Below, piece after piece: positions 34,518-47,832 of a DNA stretch of 64,000 nt. Every line of letters begins with the position of its first letter. Position 1 is the stretch's first letter. Source of the DNA: Amoebophrya sp. A120 (Eukaryota; Protista; Dinoflagellata). The stretch spans positions 9,489,087-9,553,086 of the forward strand of contig CAJINV010000002.1 in the NCBI GenBank assembly GCA_905178155.1, given 5' to 3'. The position numbers and the translations under genes were made by a program. The notes below the pieces were generated by a model. It did no database searches, was not told the origin of the DNA, and saw only the letters and a list, made by a program, of their open reading frames with translations.

Positions 34518-37500
34518 CTACTCGAAGAGCGGAAACTTGGCCTCGACCGAGTAGGGGTTCAGGACGTCAATCAGGAAGGCGATCAGCCCCCCAAATCCGT
34601 TCCCGAGTTGGAAGTCGATGGCGCCCAACGTGTCCACGTGTGCGTCCACTTTATCAGCACGAAAAGCGCTGTTACCCCGGCATGGCGAAATGTTTGTATA
34701 TGCACAAACTACGCATTATTTGCCTAGTTATGTCTGACCATGACACAAAGAATTTCCGCCCTAAATTAGCGACGAGAATCTGTGCTCTTGCGCAGCGCCG
34801 GGCTATAAGTGGAATTTGTCAACCACATAAACATACAACGACAACCTCGGCTTCGATATGGTGAAACATCAAAATACGCCACGTAGTTCGAGTTCCCTGC
34901 TTGCAATACAAAAGGTTCCATCACCATCCGCATCAAAGTTTGCAAGACAAACAGTTCGCCCTCCCCGGGTTGGAGCACGACCACGACGACAACATCTTTT
35001 CCCTTCGATACATCTGGTCGCACATCAGGTGCGCGAGCTGCCGGGCGCGGAACATCCACCTCGCCGACTCCTCCGGGTCCTCGCACGCCTTGGCCATCCG
35101 CAGCATCGCGTACGCGTTGCCCGTATCAGCTGTAAAAATGTCTGGGTCTGGATGATTGCAACTTGTCATGCTGTTTTTGGACTCTAAAAAAATTTGTTTT
35201 GCATGACCAAGAGGGGTGCAGTTTGTGCTACGCGGACAGGGCATTTCTCATGCGGTACAGGTATCACAAAGCGCTCTAAAAATCTGTGATGCTACGGCTT
35301 GCATCACAGACATCATGGGTCATGAGAAATATGCATGACAAATCTTGCATTCTTCCAGACCCAGACATTTTTGCATTTGATAGCCCGCGCACCCGTTGAA
35401 GAGGCGCGTATCGAGCACTCGGTTCTTCTTGCTGAATTCCACCAGCTATCAAATGTAAAAATGTCTGGGTCTGGAAGAATGCAACGAACTTGTCATGCTA
35501 AATCTGAAGCATGCAAAAATCTGTGTTGCATGATTACCAAAAGTCGTCCAGTTTTGACCAAGTCGGGAGGGAGTTTCTCATGCAGGATAGGCATGAGAGA
35601 GATCGCACAGAATCTGTCATGCTAGGTTCTGCATTCCAGACCCCATGGGTCATGGAAAAACTGCATGACAAATCGCGCATTCTTCCAGACCCAGACATTT
35701 TTACATTTGATACCAGCTGGTCCTGCTGCACCTTCTCCCCCAGCTTGAAAACCCCACCGTCCCAGGTGGCCGAGTTCCGCACGTTCGCGATGCGGGCCAG
35801 GGCGTTCTTGCCGTGATTGATCAGGAAGGGCCGGGTCGCGATGGACCGCCCGGTCTTGGCGGACAGAACCAGCGGCTCGTGCGAAAGCCAGGACTTGGTG
35901 TCCGAGTACACCGACCGCGTCGAGGTGAAATACTTGTCGTGCAAAATGCCCAGTCTGTTTGATGATAATGTGTCATCAGAAAATTGTTGGATTTCGATTT
36001 TGCTCTTCGCACTCGAAGCGCTGCGCGTGAAGTGTTCGCATTGAGGATTGATACCTCTATCGCAATTCAAAAATTCTGAAAGCCTCTGCATTGCATTTCT
36101 CTTGAAGATCAAGTGCAGATTCGGTGCTGGAAACAAAATTGATAGTAATAGGTCTTCTTACTTGTCTGGGTGTGAGACGTTCATGGGCATCTCGGACTCA
36201 TCTGCTTCACCGCTCTGCTTGTTCTTCCCAAACGGGTTCCCGCTCTTCTTTGGGCTGGCACTGGGATCCTTGGCCGGCAGTAAGAAGCCCTTGATCTGCG
36301 CCTGTCGCCCACTGCTCCGCGCCGTTCGGTCGGCAACGTCGATGCCGTACACACGGAAGTCCTTTCGCTCCTCTTCATCGCTGCCAGGGTCCTCCTATGA
36401 GAGTGCACAACCCCCCCCTCCCGGTCCCGGTCACTTCTATGGCATGAAGAGCAATCGAAGCACTAGCACACGTGGATCCTTTGCACGACAGGTTCATGAT
36501 TCGGCTAGTGTTGTACTATTTCTATTTGTATTTGCGCTTCCGGAATCTGTCATGCATTATATTGCAATGTAAAATCAAAATGAAGTGACAACAGGTAGCA
36601 ATTGGATTTGGGACTTTGCATGATGAGAAACGAGGACGAGGGGGAATTGTGCACTCTGATGCCTCTCCGTCGTCGTCTATCAGCGACTGCTGCGTCGTGT
36701 GCCCCGAGGACTTGTTTCCCGCCAGTGACAGCTGTGCTTGCGCGGTCTTTTCCCGCTGGGTCCGGTGTCGCGACGTCGCGCGGGGCGGCAGCGGCGGCGT
36801 GGGGGAACTGTTGTTGTAGGCGCCCATACCGCTCACCGACGTGGAGTGGCCCTTGAAACTGGTTTGTGTCAGCGTCGTGTTGTGGTGGTGCGCCGGCTCG
36901 AAACTGGACGAATGCCCGTGGCCGTGCATCGTCGTGTCTGGACAAGGATTTTTTATTTGAAAACAATCACAGGCCGTACCTTTTGTGTCCATAAAGATTG
37001 ATGAGACCATGTTGTTTAGTAACTATGTATAGAAAGCCAGCAGAATCACAGAAGCTGCCCGCCACAACGAACTTCTGTGCAAAAATCCAGCGAAAAAAAA
37101 AACAGCCAAAAATGTGTAATATTGTACGACTGGCCCCGTTCATGAAGGCGGCGGACTTCGCCTTCTGGCCATTTGCATCGTACTGCACCAGGGCAATGCT
37201 CAGCTCCGGAGCCTTGCGCACCTCCTCCTGCTCCACTTCGGCAAATGTCATCGCCTCTTTCCAAGTGTGGTCGGCCGCCCGTTCCGCTGCTTTCAAGAAA
37301 GAGTCCCGCTGAAAAACCTGTTTCGCGGTTCCGTACTCAAGCTTTATGATTGCGAATTTTTAGTTTTTTCAGATGGATCATTACTGCAGTGCTAATATTA
37401 ACCTGTATTAAAAACCGTATGCAAATCAAAAACAGCAGGAAGTACCTCGTGCGCCAGGGAGAAGAGCCACACCGCTGACGTCGCTCCGTTGTGAAAGGTG

Positions 37501-40500
37501 TTCTCCGTGAAGCGGCCCCCGCTCCATGGTTCTTCCAGATCCTTCGGGTAGCCATTCCAGATGTGTTATCCCCGGGGACAAATACCGTTTTTCTTTTTTC
37601 GCAAACTAAGTTACGACCAGGATGACCAAAGGCATTCCATTCCAAATCAAAATGCAGGACATACAGTAGATGCAAAATATTTTTACCTGCAGCATGTAAT
37701 TCGCACTCATTTCAATTCTGCAGCTCTGAGTTCAGTTTCATGCAAACATGCCACACTGAATCAATGAAATTCTTGAACTCTGTACTTCTAAGCAACGTCT
37801 TTCACCTCCACGAATAGCTGGCCACTGCGGAAAAAGGAACTATCGTTGTAAACTCTGTTCCGCGGGATAGATTCTCCTTCGTTTCCAGGAACAGCAAGGA
37901 ATCCAGTAACTCCGACTGCCACTCCAAAACCTCGAGGTCGCGCTTGTTCCATTCCCGCAAGATCAGCAGCAGTACGTGGTAAATGCCCATCAAGCCTGTC
38001 AAGAGGAAGAAAGCCCCCGTTGCAGTACCACACTCAAAATGATATCGAATGGTGCACCCACATGCTCGACTGGTGAACACAAGTTCCATTCCTCATTGGC
38101 GCTTGGCCTACAGTAAAGGACAAGCATCGAGCTAGGAGACTGGTGCAACCCTATTGACAGTTAGAATCTCCCTGCACTCGCTCCAACATGAAGATCATGC
38201 GACGTTTCAGTAAGTATATGAAAGCTCCGCCTATGGCAATGAGGCTTTCTTCATTTTGATAAGGCCCATTGAGCCGCCCACGTCACCTTCGTTGATCAGC
38301 AACGTGTTCCTAAGCGACTCTGGGGTCATTTGCCGGCACCGAAGAGGCAACGAGACAAACACAGACGAGGACGGAATCGTGGTGGTCTCGTACCGATTGT
38401 GGGAATGAAAACGCTCGCTCCCGGGCGTGTCTTCTTGCGGTAACTGACGTTCTCCGATAAGAAAAAAGATGACAGAGTACAAAAACCAAAAACAAAGTAG
38501 ATCTGGCATAAAAACAATTTAGTACAAGCTTCTTCTGGCATAAAAACAACATTTGCACATGCACAGCAAGAACACGCGGACATATAATATCAAGAGCTGC
38601 GATTTTCATTGCGATACGGGTGCTCCCTTGCAAACTTGCCCAGCGACTCCACCATCTGTTCGGCGTTTACGCGGATCATCTCCAACAGTCTCTTCTCGGT
38701 CTTGTCGTACCTAAGGTTTGATACATTGTGGTAACTGCGCAAATGTTGTCTTATTTGGAAAAAACTCTAAAAATACTGCGTCAAACACAACTTAGTGCTA
38801 CATCATGACTCTTGAAAGGCGAAAGCACCGAAGAACCTGCAAGCGGAGAGCAACCAGAGCAGGGCCCGCAGGTAGCCGGCGCGTCCGCACAAAAAACCCT
38901 CGCCTATCAAATGCAAAAATGTCTGGGTCTGGAAGGTTTTGAGACTTGTCATGCACGTTTTGCATGAGCCGTGATGTCTGTGATGCATGCCCTAGCATCA
39001 CAGATTTTTTGAGGGCTTCTTGATGCCTATTCCGCATGACAAATGCCCTCTCCGCGTAGCAAAAATCACGCTCCCTTTGCTGCTCACACAATACAGATTT
39101 TTGTGGAATCCAAGTGCAGCATCACAAGTTCGGGTTCTTCCAGACCCAGACATTTTTGCATTTGATATCGCCTTCGCCTGCGCGGTATTCCATCCAGTTC
39201 ACGTTTTCTTCGAGCAGGTTTATCATTTGTCAAAACGTCCCCACCCCAGAGTTGTCATGCAGATTTGCGACGACAGGAACATCTGTAATGCGCATCGCCA
39301 CGAGAGGCATTTCTAGTCGTGTTTAGGCATTTGTAATGCTGTAAACAGGATGAGCAGATGGGTTTCTGATGCGGCTGGCATTGTTAACCTGCACTACACT
39401 ACGGACTGCAACGTGTGATGCGTGACCCCCAAACGTTCTACGTTTGTGTTGCAAAATCCCCATCGTGACTCTGGGGTACGAATGTTTTTACTCAGGATAA
39501 GGTTCAACTCCACCTCATCCTGCACCGTGCCAGTAATGTATGCGGTATCCAGCTTTCCTATGCCCGCAAAGTCTCAAGTTGTTTCGGACAGATCTATCAT
39601 CATGATACCAGTCTCTAGAGCTCACGATCCAACAATACCACACAAGCTGAAGAATATTTTCAGAGCTGAACGTCCACCAGCGTGTACAGAAAGATCTACT
39701 TTTTTTCTTGCTGATCTACGTACAATTGGAAACTCATGTTCCGGTTATGCAAAAAAGAAATAAACCGACGGAAATGACAATTGCGTCGTTTGTGCGCAGA
39801 TGACCGACTCTTTTCTGACTCAGGACTTTGTTTCCATACCAGTCAGCCACCTGTGGTACATGCGCGCAAAGCGCAGACCCATAGAGCCTGTTGTGCTTTT
39901 TAGATGGTATCACACAAGATTTTCCCAAATGATGCATGCAAGCAAGTATGTTTATTTCACTGCGCGGCACCTAGCCTCTCGTGCCAGTTTAGTGTACTTC
40001 TAGAGTCGTGAATACTTTCTTCAATCATGCGCATGCCAAACTCGTTTTCCAACTGACATATACAATACCAAAACTCCTTTACCTGTCCACAGGGACGACT
40101 TTTCTCTTCGGTCTTGTCCCCAGGTGATGCTGGGTGTGAGAAAATCCGAGATAGCCTGGTCCAAGTGGCGGTAGTGCAACTGGTCAACCAGTTCGTGCAT
40201 GAAGTACTCGTGCCCGAGGAAGTAGCTCTTGTTCTTCACGAGGAGGAACGCGCAACCGGCGCGGCCCCCGTACAGACTGTCGCGGTTGTTCACTTCGCAC
40301 CCGGGGGGAAACACCTTGTGCAAAAACTTCCGGGTCAGCTTGTCCAGCGTCTTCGAGATCACCTCCGTCTGATGCTTCTCCGCTTCCTCCGGATGCAGAG
40401 GCAGGTTCGGCACGGTCGGGTCCTCCTCCTGCGACTCGGACACCAGTTGACTTGGCAGACACAAGCCCGCGGGATTTCCATAGTCCGGCAGCACGTTGTC

Positions 40501-40566
40501 GAAGCTGCTCACGCCGGCCTTGGACGCGCTGCCCTCGGGCGAGAGGCCGGGAGTCACCGGCAGCAT
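34518..40566 (-). CDS. LanC-like (LANCL/GCR2 family) alpha/alpha-barrel protein, multi-exon, five introners
   Basis: Collinear motifs: SLYGGRAG, FLCGRAGYLRALL, LTGLMGIYHVL, FMNGA, LFNGCAGNAYAMLRM..WMFRA, C-terminal GFGGLIAFLIDVLNP..AKFPLFE-stop (34518). Not all internal exon boundaries resolved. Confidence 0.75.
35124..35382. mobile_element. Introner, TIR type A, 259 bp
   Basis: TIR tatca..tg.aaaaatgtctgggtctgga; TSD gcccg; removal gives NGCAGNAYA. Confidence 0.92.
35447..35712. mobile_element. Introner, TIR type A, 266 bp
   Basis: TIR tatcaaatgtaaaaatgtctgggtctggaagaatgc; TSD ccagc. Confidence 0.93.
36396..36661. mobile_element. Degenerate introner, TIR type B, 266 bp
   Basis: tatgagagtgcacaaccccc / gggggaattgtgcactctgatg; TSD cctcc/cctct; removal gives DGEDPGSDEE. 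Confidence 0.8.
38905..39167. mobile_element. Introner, TIR type A, 263 bp
   Basis: TIR tatcaaatgcaaaaatgtctgggtctggaag; TSD tcgcc. Confidence 0.93.
39221..39499. mobile_element. Introner, TIR type C, 279 bp (opposite orientation to 18546 and 60733)
   Basis: tatcatttgtcaaaacgtccccaccccagag / ctctggggtacgaatgtttttactcaggata; TSD aggtt. Confidence 0.9.
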
Positions 40567-43500
40567 AGTCTGATCCTGCCGATTTTTTCTTTCAGTCGAC
40601 CAAAGATGCGAGCTCTTGGAAACGAGCTATTCTTGCTATTGCTGTCCTTTCTTGTGCAACGGCACAATTATGAGCAGCACAATAAATTAGGGTGCGCTTG
40701 ATGATGATATGATTTTACCAGTCAAATCAAAACTGTTAGCACTGGTAGTACAACACCTTTGATTTTACGATTACGTCGTTCTTGAGCTTTACCCACCCCC
40801 TTCAATGTCAATATATATGTACACAGAGCGACAACTATCTTCCCCTATCCTTCGATCGAAAAAAAAAACTGGAAGGAACGACGAGAGTAAAGAAACCATT
40901 TTGCAACCGCTTACCTTTTGCAAACAAAAATTTAGATAGTGTGTCACGATTTGGAAACCATCTCTGCCCGACGACGAGGACTTTGTACGAGTTTGGAACT
41001 AGATTCGCTGGCGCCTGCGAAAAAATGCGTGATCGTTACGTCTACTTACAGCTTCACTTCCAGATGAGGCCAGAGCAAGTCAAGAAATCAAATGCAGCAA
41101 TAAAACCGATCTACGTGGTGCATACGTGCTTTGAATGACGAAGAAGTAGGCGGACGACAAACAATCAAAGGCCATTATCCCCCGATGAGATTCTACGATA
41201 CTTACCAAAACAGCCATTTTGGAGCGGTGCAATTTTTTCTTGCTGTTGCTTTTTACGTTCACGAAAAAAAAAAAGCAAACACAGTGAGTCGCACTTGTGA
41301 AGTTTTTCGGAAGAAAAGAACAGCGTCAAAGAGTCTTGTTTTCATCAAAAAACACGTGGCGCCGCTCTCCGGCGTGCCAGACTGCCTTTTGGTCTTCACG
41401 GTTGCTGCATGAAGCGGCCTGGTAGGCAATGCTTAGGCTTTTTTTTAAGTACTTCTGGCAAAGAGAAACGAATAGCGAAACCTGGTACAGCCAACGACAA
41501 CTTTTCCGGATCTTTTTCTGTGAGATTCAATCACGACTTGTCAAGAATTCCTGTCTCCCTTGCAAATAACAGCTCAACAACGCTTTCCGAAATTTAATAT
41601 TACACACAAAGTTTAAGACCTCCTAGTACTTGTGCTTTATTTCTTCGCCTATAAGAAACTTAGGACCTCCATTCTACTCCTTGACCTTGTGACTAGCAGA
41701 TTAGGCGGTTCGCAGCGGTCTTACAGATTTTTATATCGAGGTCCTTTCCCATCCCTTTTGCACAAGAACTACTACTACCTCTATACTCTAGCGCGAACAA
41801 GACAAGTTCGTCCCTAAATATTGATATCTCGAAACTTGGTGCGCTGGCCATTACAGTAGACTCAGACTGCTTAAAGGTAAATAAGAAAGGTGTAACAAGC
41901 TATAATTCCCACGATGATTATTTCCCATAGATTTTTTGTTCTGGATTGATTTCTTGTCTCTAGCTGCGCAGAAAATAAGTGCGGTCCCTCCAAACTGTAA
42001 ATGTATAGTTCGACGAGCTCTTGCTTCTACTGTGCATTTTCATGAGGCTGTCCGGTCGTTAGTCGTCACGTTCACATCACACAGGTGGTTGTGTCAGTTC
42101 CATCTCCTATAATCTCGATGTTGTAATCTTCATCTCTTCATACGCAACTACCAGCACAATTTCACCGCAAGCTAAATTTGCATACGCGACCCCACTGCGA
42201 GCGGACTAAAATTAATCTCAGAAGTAGTTGGAGGTACCGTGCGTAATATAGCACGGCAGAGGCAGACTGGCAAGGTTGTGTACGTGGTATCCTCGGGAGC
42301 GCCTGGTATGAAGCAAGTTGAGGCAAAAATTGCAGGTCATCTGGTAACTACGGTAATAAATTAGGAAGAAAAGTCGCGGTTTAAACAAACTCTGAAGTAT
42401 TTAGAGAAGTTGCGGAAGTTGTGTTCTTGCCAGTTGTGCTTATTTCCGGGTTTTGGCTGTCGTAGCGCACGGTTGTAACTAACAGTTCCCTGAAGCTCGT
42501 TTCTCGGTTTTGTTATGAGCACTTCCTGCCCGTAAGTAATCTTGTCTAGCAGGCTGCTTCTCTTGTTTGCGGCTCCGAAGTAGTGCAGCAGTTTTTACTC
42601 CGCCTCTGCTCCCTACAAATTGGTAGAGGCTAGCAAAACCACAGAGGTTTGCTGCTGGTTCTTGTCTTGTAAATCTCGTACAACTTCAGTGAGTTTTATT
42701 TTTCCGAAGGAGAGTTCGTACGCTCAAAATTTCAAAACGAAAAGAAGAAAAGCTCGACATTAATCAAAAAAGTGTAAAGAGGTCGCAGTACCACCAGCCC
42801 TCCTGAACCCCGTCTGAGAAGAAGCGGGCCAAAGGCAGTGCTGGAAGCACAGGACACTAGTAGGTAAGTTCATGCTGAATATTAAACTGTTCATCAGATA
42901 AAAACGGAACTCGACGCACATTGTAACACCTAGAAGTAGCTCGGATATTTTAGACCTGGTACCTCCAGTACGGACACGAGACAGAACCACGCCGGGGGGA
43001 ATTCGTAATTACAATTGGGAAACACACACGATGATAGCCCGGGCCTCTCCTGGTCTCAGTGCCTACTGGCTCAAATTCTGGGGTAGTGATTGGAAAAAGA
43101 AGCAGCTACATATCGAGAAACTTTAACTTTCCTGCAAGAAATCTAACAATGCGGGGCTTATATTAAATGGTCAGCTCATTCAAAATTACAAAATCATTCA
43201 CTAATCAAAGCCTCTTTGAAAGATATTTTGCTGCTTTTTTTAAATATTTTTTTCATTTTCTGGTGCGTAATTATAACGAATAATCCGTACAACTAGGGTG
43301 ACACATTTACATCAGTCAACGCGTTATTTTACACTTGTGCGCGGAAGAGTTGGAAGTAGTGCGCCGCAAGTGTAGAACTCGGAAAAAAGCGCCACTGCTG
43401 TGCATACTTTCGTCGCAAGTTGCCGTGTGGATGAAGCAGAAGTGGAACTGCATATAACTGTAGTTGAAAGAACGGGTTGCTGCCTGCAGTGCTTCTCTCG

Positions 43501-43677
43501 TAAGTTCGGCCAGTAACAATTATGTGGCTCGTTAGTCATCCTGCACCACCTTTGGTTTACTTCTTTTGAGCAGCAGAAGTGGAGGTCGTAGACGTAGTAG
43601 TTGTGATTCCGTCCGTTCCTGCGATTCGTTTTATTTCGTACACGGTGTTGTTGTGACGAACTACGATGAAAATCCCA

Positions 43678-46600
43678 CTACAACTTGCTGGAGAATTTTG
43701 CACAGTCGCCTGCTGATGTGTTGAAGAAATCTGCGGGCACGACCTGACGCGAGTTGTCCTGACGGGGCACGGCCACAATCTGGGCGTACTTCCAGATGCG
43801 CGCAATCTCCTGGTACGACGGAACGCCGAACGGAGAGTCTGACGTTTTTTCGTTTTTGGTGTTGCAAAAGACAAAGAGAAGTACGACTAAGATGATAAAG
43901 AAATCGATGACGAGAAAAACGACAATCATATCCACAGGCATTCCAAGACACGACAACCCCGATAAAGTTTATTTTGTCATCACAGCAACAAACTGAATCA
44001 GAAAATCTCGTGGTCATGGTTACACCCAGCCCCCGTGGAGATCATACAGCAAGATTCTCATAGCCGAAGTACCAGCGATTTCCGGCTTTTTGAGCGGCTT
44101 GACCGTGCGCTGAAGTTCGCGGTAGGCCGCGCGGGCCTTGGCCAGATATCCAAAGGAAAAATCCCCCCTCCCCATACTGAAACGGTATGTTTCTAAAAAT
44201 TTGTGATGCTGATTTGTGACCACGAATCTTGTCTCTCTTGCAAGAGGGCAAACTCAGAGACTTCGCGACGATATGCAGGCGATTTGTAATGCTGCAAGGC
44301 CTACAGGGAAAACGTCTGCCATGCCAGGCCCTTACACCAAGAGGCCCCCCCTTAGGCTTACGATCTGCGTGCAGTCCTTTACTGTAAGACAAATGTCATT
44401 TGTGTACTCAAATACAGCAACACAGATTTCCGTTTTGATATGGGGAGGGGGGATTTTTTCTTCTTGATACCAGATTTCGTTGCTTCGGCGGCTCCGCGAC
44501 CTGCATTACCACGTTGCTAGCGTCCGTGCTGTATCAAATGTAAAAATGTCTGGGTCTGGAAGAATACAACTTGTCATGCTAAATCTGAAGCATGTAAGAA
44601 TCTGTGTTGCATGATTGCCAAAAGATGTCCACGCTTGACCAAGTCGGGAGTTTCTCATGCAGGATAGGCATGATAGAACTCTCACAGAATCTGTCATGCT
44701 ATGTCCAATATACCAGATCCCATGGGTCATGGAAAACCTGCACGACAAGTCTGGCATTCTTCCAGACCCAGACATTTTTACATTTGATATGCTGTTGCCC
44801 GCTACGAAGTTCACCTTGCGGCTGCAGCGACGCGCCGCGCGCGGCGCCTCCGGGGGCTGCGGCAGCAGACGCTCGGACCCGCGGCAAAGCAGACAGTCAC
44901 CCGGGAGGAACGCGCCACGGCTCAAGTCGCGAATCTCGTCCTTGAACAGCTCCTCAGTTGACGGGCAAACCTTGTTAGTTTATTTTGGACGACGATTCAT
45001 CATCTGCAAAAAAAAAATAAGTATCGTTTCAAGTTATCTACTCTACTGTGCTCCTGCCCGTGAAGCGCAGAGAGGACTTTGGTTCTTTTCTAAGCAGCTA
45101 TTACATTCTTAGCGAGTTAAAAAAAGTGGCAACATCTTCAATGCGTCCTGCTGTGTTGGGGAAATAAGACCTCTAGTACTTCTTACCTCCCACACGGACT
45201 TTTCGTCCAAGAAGTCGTTCACCGCGATGAGTCCCCGCGAATGAACCTCCGGCAGGGTGGGCTCCAGCGCCTGGCGACGGTGGCGCTTCTCGATGATCAT
45301 GGTGCGGAAGTTGTCCACAAAACTTTGCAGCTCCTTCGGGGTCAGGTCCCCGTCCAAACGCACAACCGTGTGGTGCACTTCGCCAACGAGAAGGGTGAAA
45401 TTGGTGGACTGTTTTGGAATCAAAATTTTTTTCCTTTGACGTCAAGGAACGGATGAAAAAGACCGCAACGGATGAATCACAATGAGCAGAGAGCAGCACC
45501 CGATCAAAATATTAACGTCTGCAAATAAAGTACTATTATACCAAGTCCGGTCGGCTGGTGCGGAGAGAGAAGCCGGAGAGCAGAAAGGGGAAGTCGGGGG
45601 ACTTGACCTCAACGAACAGGAACATTTTCGCGGCGTCCTCGGGCAGCATCGCGCGGCCAAATTTGTCCTCCGCGGCCTGCAGCGCCGGGGACTCGAAAAC
45701 CTTCTTCGCCTCGTACACGGGGTCCTGGATCTCGCGCACGGCGGTCACCCGGGTCTCGAATTCCTTGTCCATCCAGTTCTCGCGGGCATCCTCGTCCTCC
45801 TCGTCGTCGTCGGAGGTGCTGTCCTCCTCACTGTTGAACACGCGACGCGACTCCTTCACGTGCTCCTCCGACTCCGGCACGCGGACCGACAACACGTCAT
45901 ACCGCGGCTCCTCGCCCGTCTCGAAGCGGTACTGCCGCGTCACCAGGGGGTGCAGCTGGTTCACGTTAAACTGCATCTTCGGCACGAAGGGGTGCTCGTG
46001 CGTCTTCCACATTTGCCCGAACGACACGCTCTTGCGACGGATCTGCCAGATTTTTATGTGTTCTTGTGGATCTTCATGATCAAACAAATCCATAGTCTTA
46101 CATAAGTACTCTGATAAGATTATCCACCGTCAACAGCGCAAACGGAAAAGTATAACCCAGATACATGCAAAAGCAAAAGCTTCTCTTTTGGCATAGTAGT
46201 CGCTTTCTGCATACAGAAAAATCCCTCACACCCCGGAACTAGCACCATGCTTGCCCCAACTATACCTCCATCAAGTCGCGGATTTCCTGTCGCAGGACGA
46301 GGGCGCGACTGTTTTTCGCCGGTGTGGGGACGTTGGGCAACTTGGGGTAGTAGTAGGTGCCGGCGTCGGCGCTCTGCTTGGTCACAGCCGTGGAGACTTG
46401 GTGATGCACCTGGACCTTGCCCTGCTCGTTGGTGCTCACCTGGATCATGGGACGCTGGATTTTGAACTCCGGGAAGGCCTTGGAGGTGAACAGGCGCGAG
46501 CTGGCCTCGAAGGCCTGGGAGATGGAGTGCTTGGGGTGCACCAGCGACCAGGACAACTTGCTGCGGTTGCGGATGTCATCCGACTCGGTGAACAGGTTTC

Positions 46601-47832
46601 GCTGCGGTCGACGGGGTAGTTGTAGTTCTTGCACCGGAGTTGTTGTAGAGGAAGCTGCTGCTCGCGAAGAGCCGACGACCGTTGACATGTTCAGCACCGA
46701 GGTTGTCATGGGCTGCGGGCGGTGGTTCCACATCTTCGGCTGCGTCAACTTCGACACGTAGGCGTCCAGGAGCGCGGACCGCAGGCGGAAATCCAGGAAG
46801 TCCGGTCCGACAAAGTTCTTCGCGGCGGACCGGCGTTGGGACGCGTGCCCATCTGCTTGCTGCGGAACCTGGAGTGGGAAAAAATTTTTTGTCACAAAAC
46901 AGCGCATAATTCTATGGCACTACTAAAGTAAATCACCCAAGGGCTCTACCAACTTGTTCAGTTGCTGTTAAAAGTAACAAGCGTAGAAGTATCGAGTAAA
47001 AAACGCCGCAGTTATTCTTATTTCATCATGGAATAATAAATACCAGGACCAACTGTCCATTTGCCGGGGCCGGCGTGGTCTTGTGCGGCCTGGCAGTCGT
47101 TACCGCGGTTTCCTCGGTACGATTGCGGACGCGCAGGAGCAAGCCCTTGACCAGCGCGCGCACGCGGTCGGTCTTCTTCGTTTCGACCGGGCCAAAGTAC
47201 TGCTTCGCGGGCACCACCTCCGACAAGTTCATGGCCCGGGGGTTGCCGAACACCGAGCTGGTGGGGAAGGAAAAGGGGGCCAGAATCGAGTTCGGCAGCG
47301 GGCCCTCCGGGACGACCTTGCTCATCATACTCGGGGTCGACGAAGTCGGAGCAGTCTTGAAGAACCGGCTCTGCGGGACGGCGCTGTGGCCGTTGTAGTT
47401 CATTCCGGAGAGGTTCTGGCCGCGGTAGGTCCAGGCCTGGAACTTCTTGGGCAGCGAGGAGGTGGGCGGCTTCTTGTAGATCGGCTGCTGCTGCTTCCAC
47501 TGCTTCCAGGTCGCCGGCGACATGGCCGCGGCGCTGGTGGCCAGCGGGGCCGCCCGGGGGGTTGTGCGCGCCACAATCATGGACGAGTTGAACGCCGTCA
47601 AATCGTAATCCAACAGGCGGAACCCGGACGACTGGTCAATGGGCTGCAGCTGGTGGAGCTTCGTGTTGATGCCGGTGGCGACGGGGGACGCCGCGGGCGC
47701 GGCGAACAGGTACTCCAGCACAAAGGACACCATGCACAACGCGATCACGAGGAAGTAACTGGCAACCACCGTGAGCACCACCGCAGCGACGGACTTCACC
47801 AGGCGGCTCGGCTCCGGTGACTGTCTCTTCAA
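43678..47832 (-). CDS. Multi-exon hypothetical protein, probably N-terminally membrane-anchored with Pro/Ser/Thr-rich stalk (may be more than one gene)
   Basis: Series of GC-rich minus-strand ORFs; hydrophobic VAAVVLTVVASYFLVIALCMVSFVL; two introners whose removal gives in-frame AGNSTDASNVVMQVAEPPKQRNLAKAR. Confidence 0.55.
44147..44469. mobile_element. Introner, TIR type E, 323 bp
   Basis: TIR tatc......aaaaatcccccctccccata; TSD ccaga. Confidence 0.92.
44532..44789. mobile_element. Introner, TIR type A, 258 bp
   Basis: TIR tatcaaatgtaaaaatgtctgggtctggaagaat; TSD tgctg. Confidence 0.93.

Noticed and set aside
34650-34940. Possible further non-canonical intron in the LanC-like gene
   Set aside because: An intron is needed here, but I could not find a TAT/ATA TIR, a 5-bp TSD or clear GT-AG ends, so it is not called
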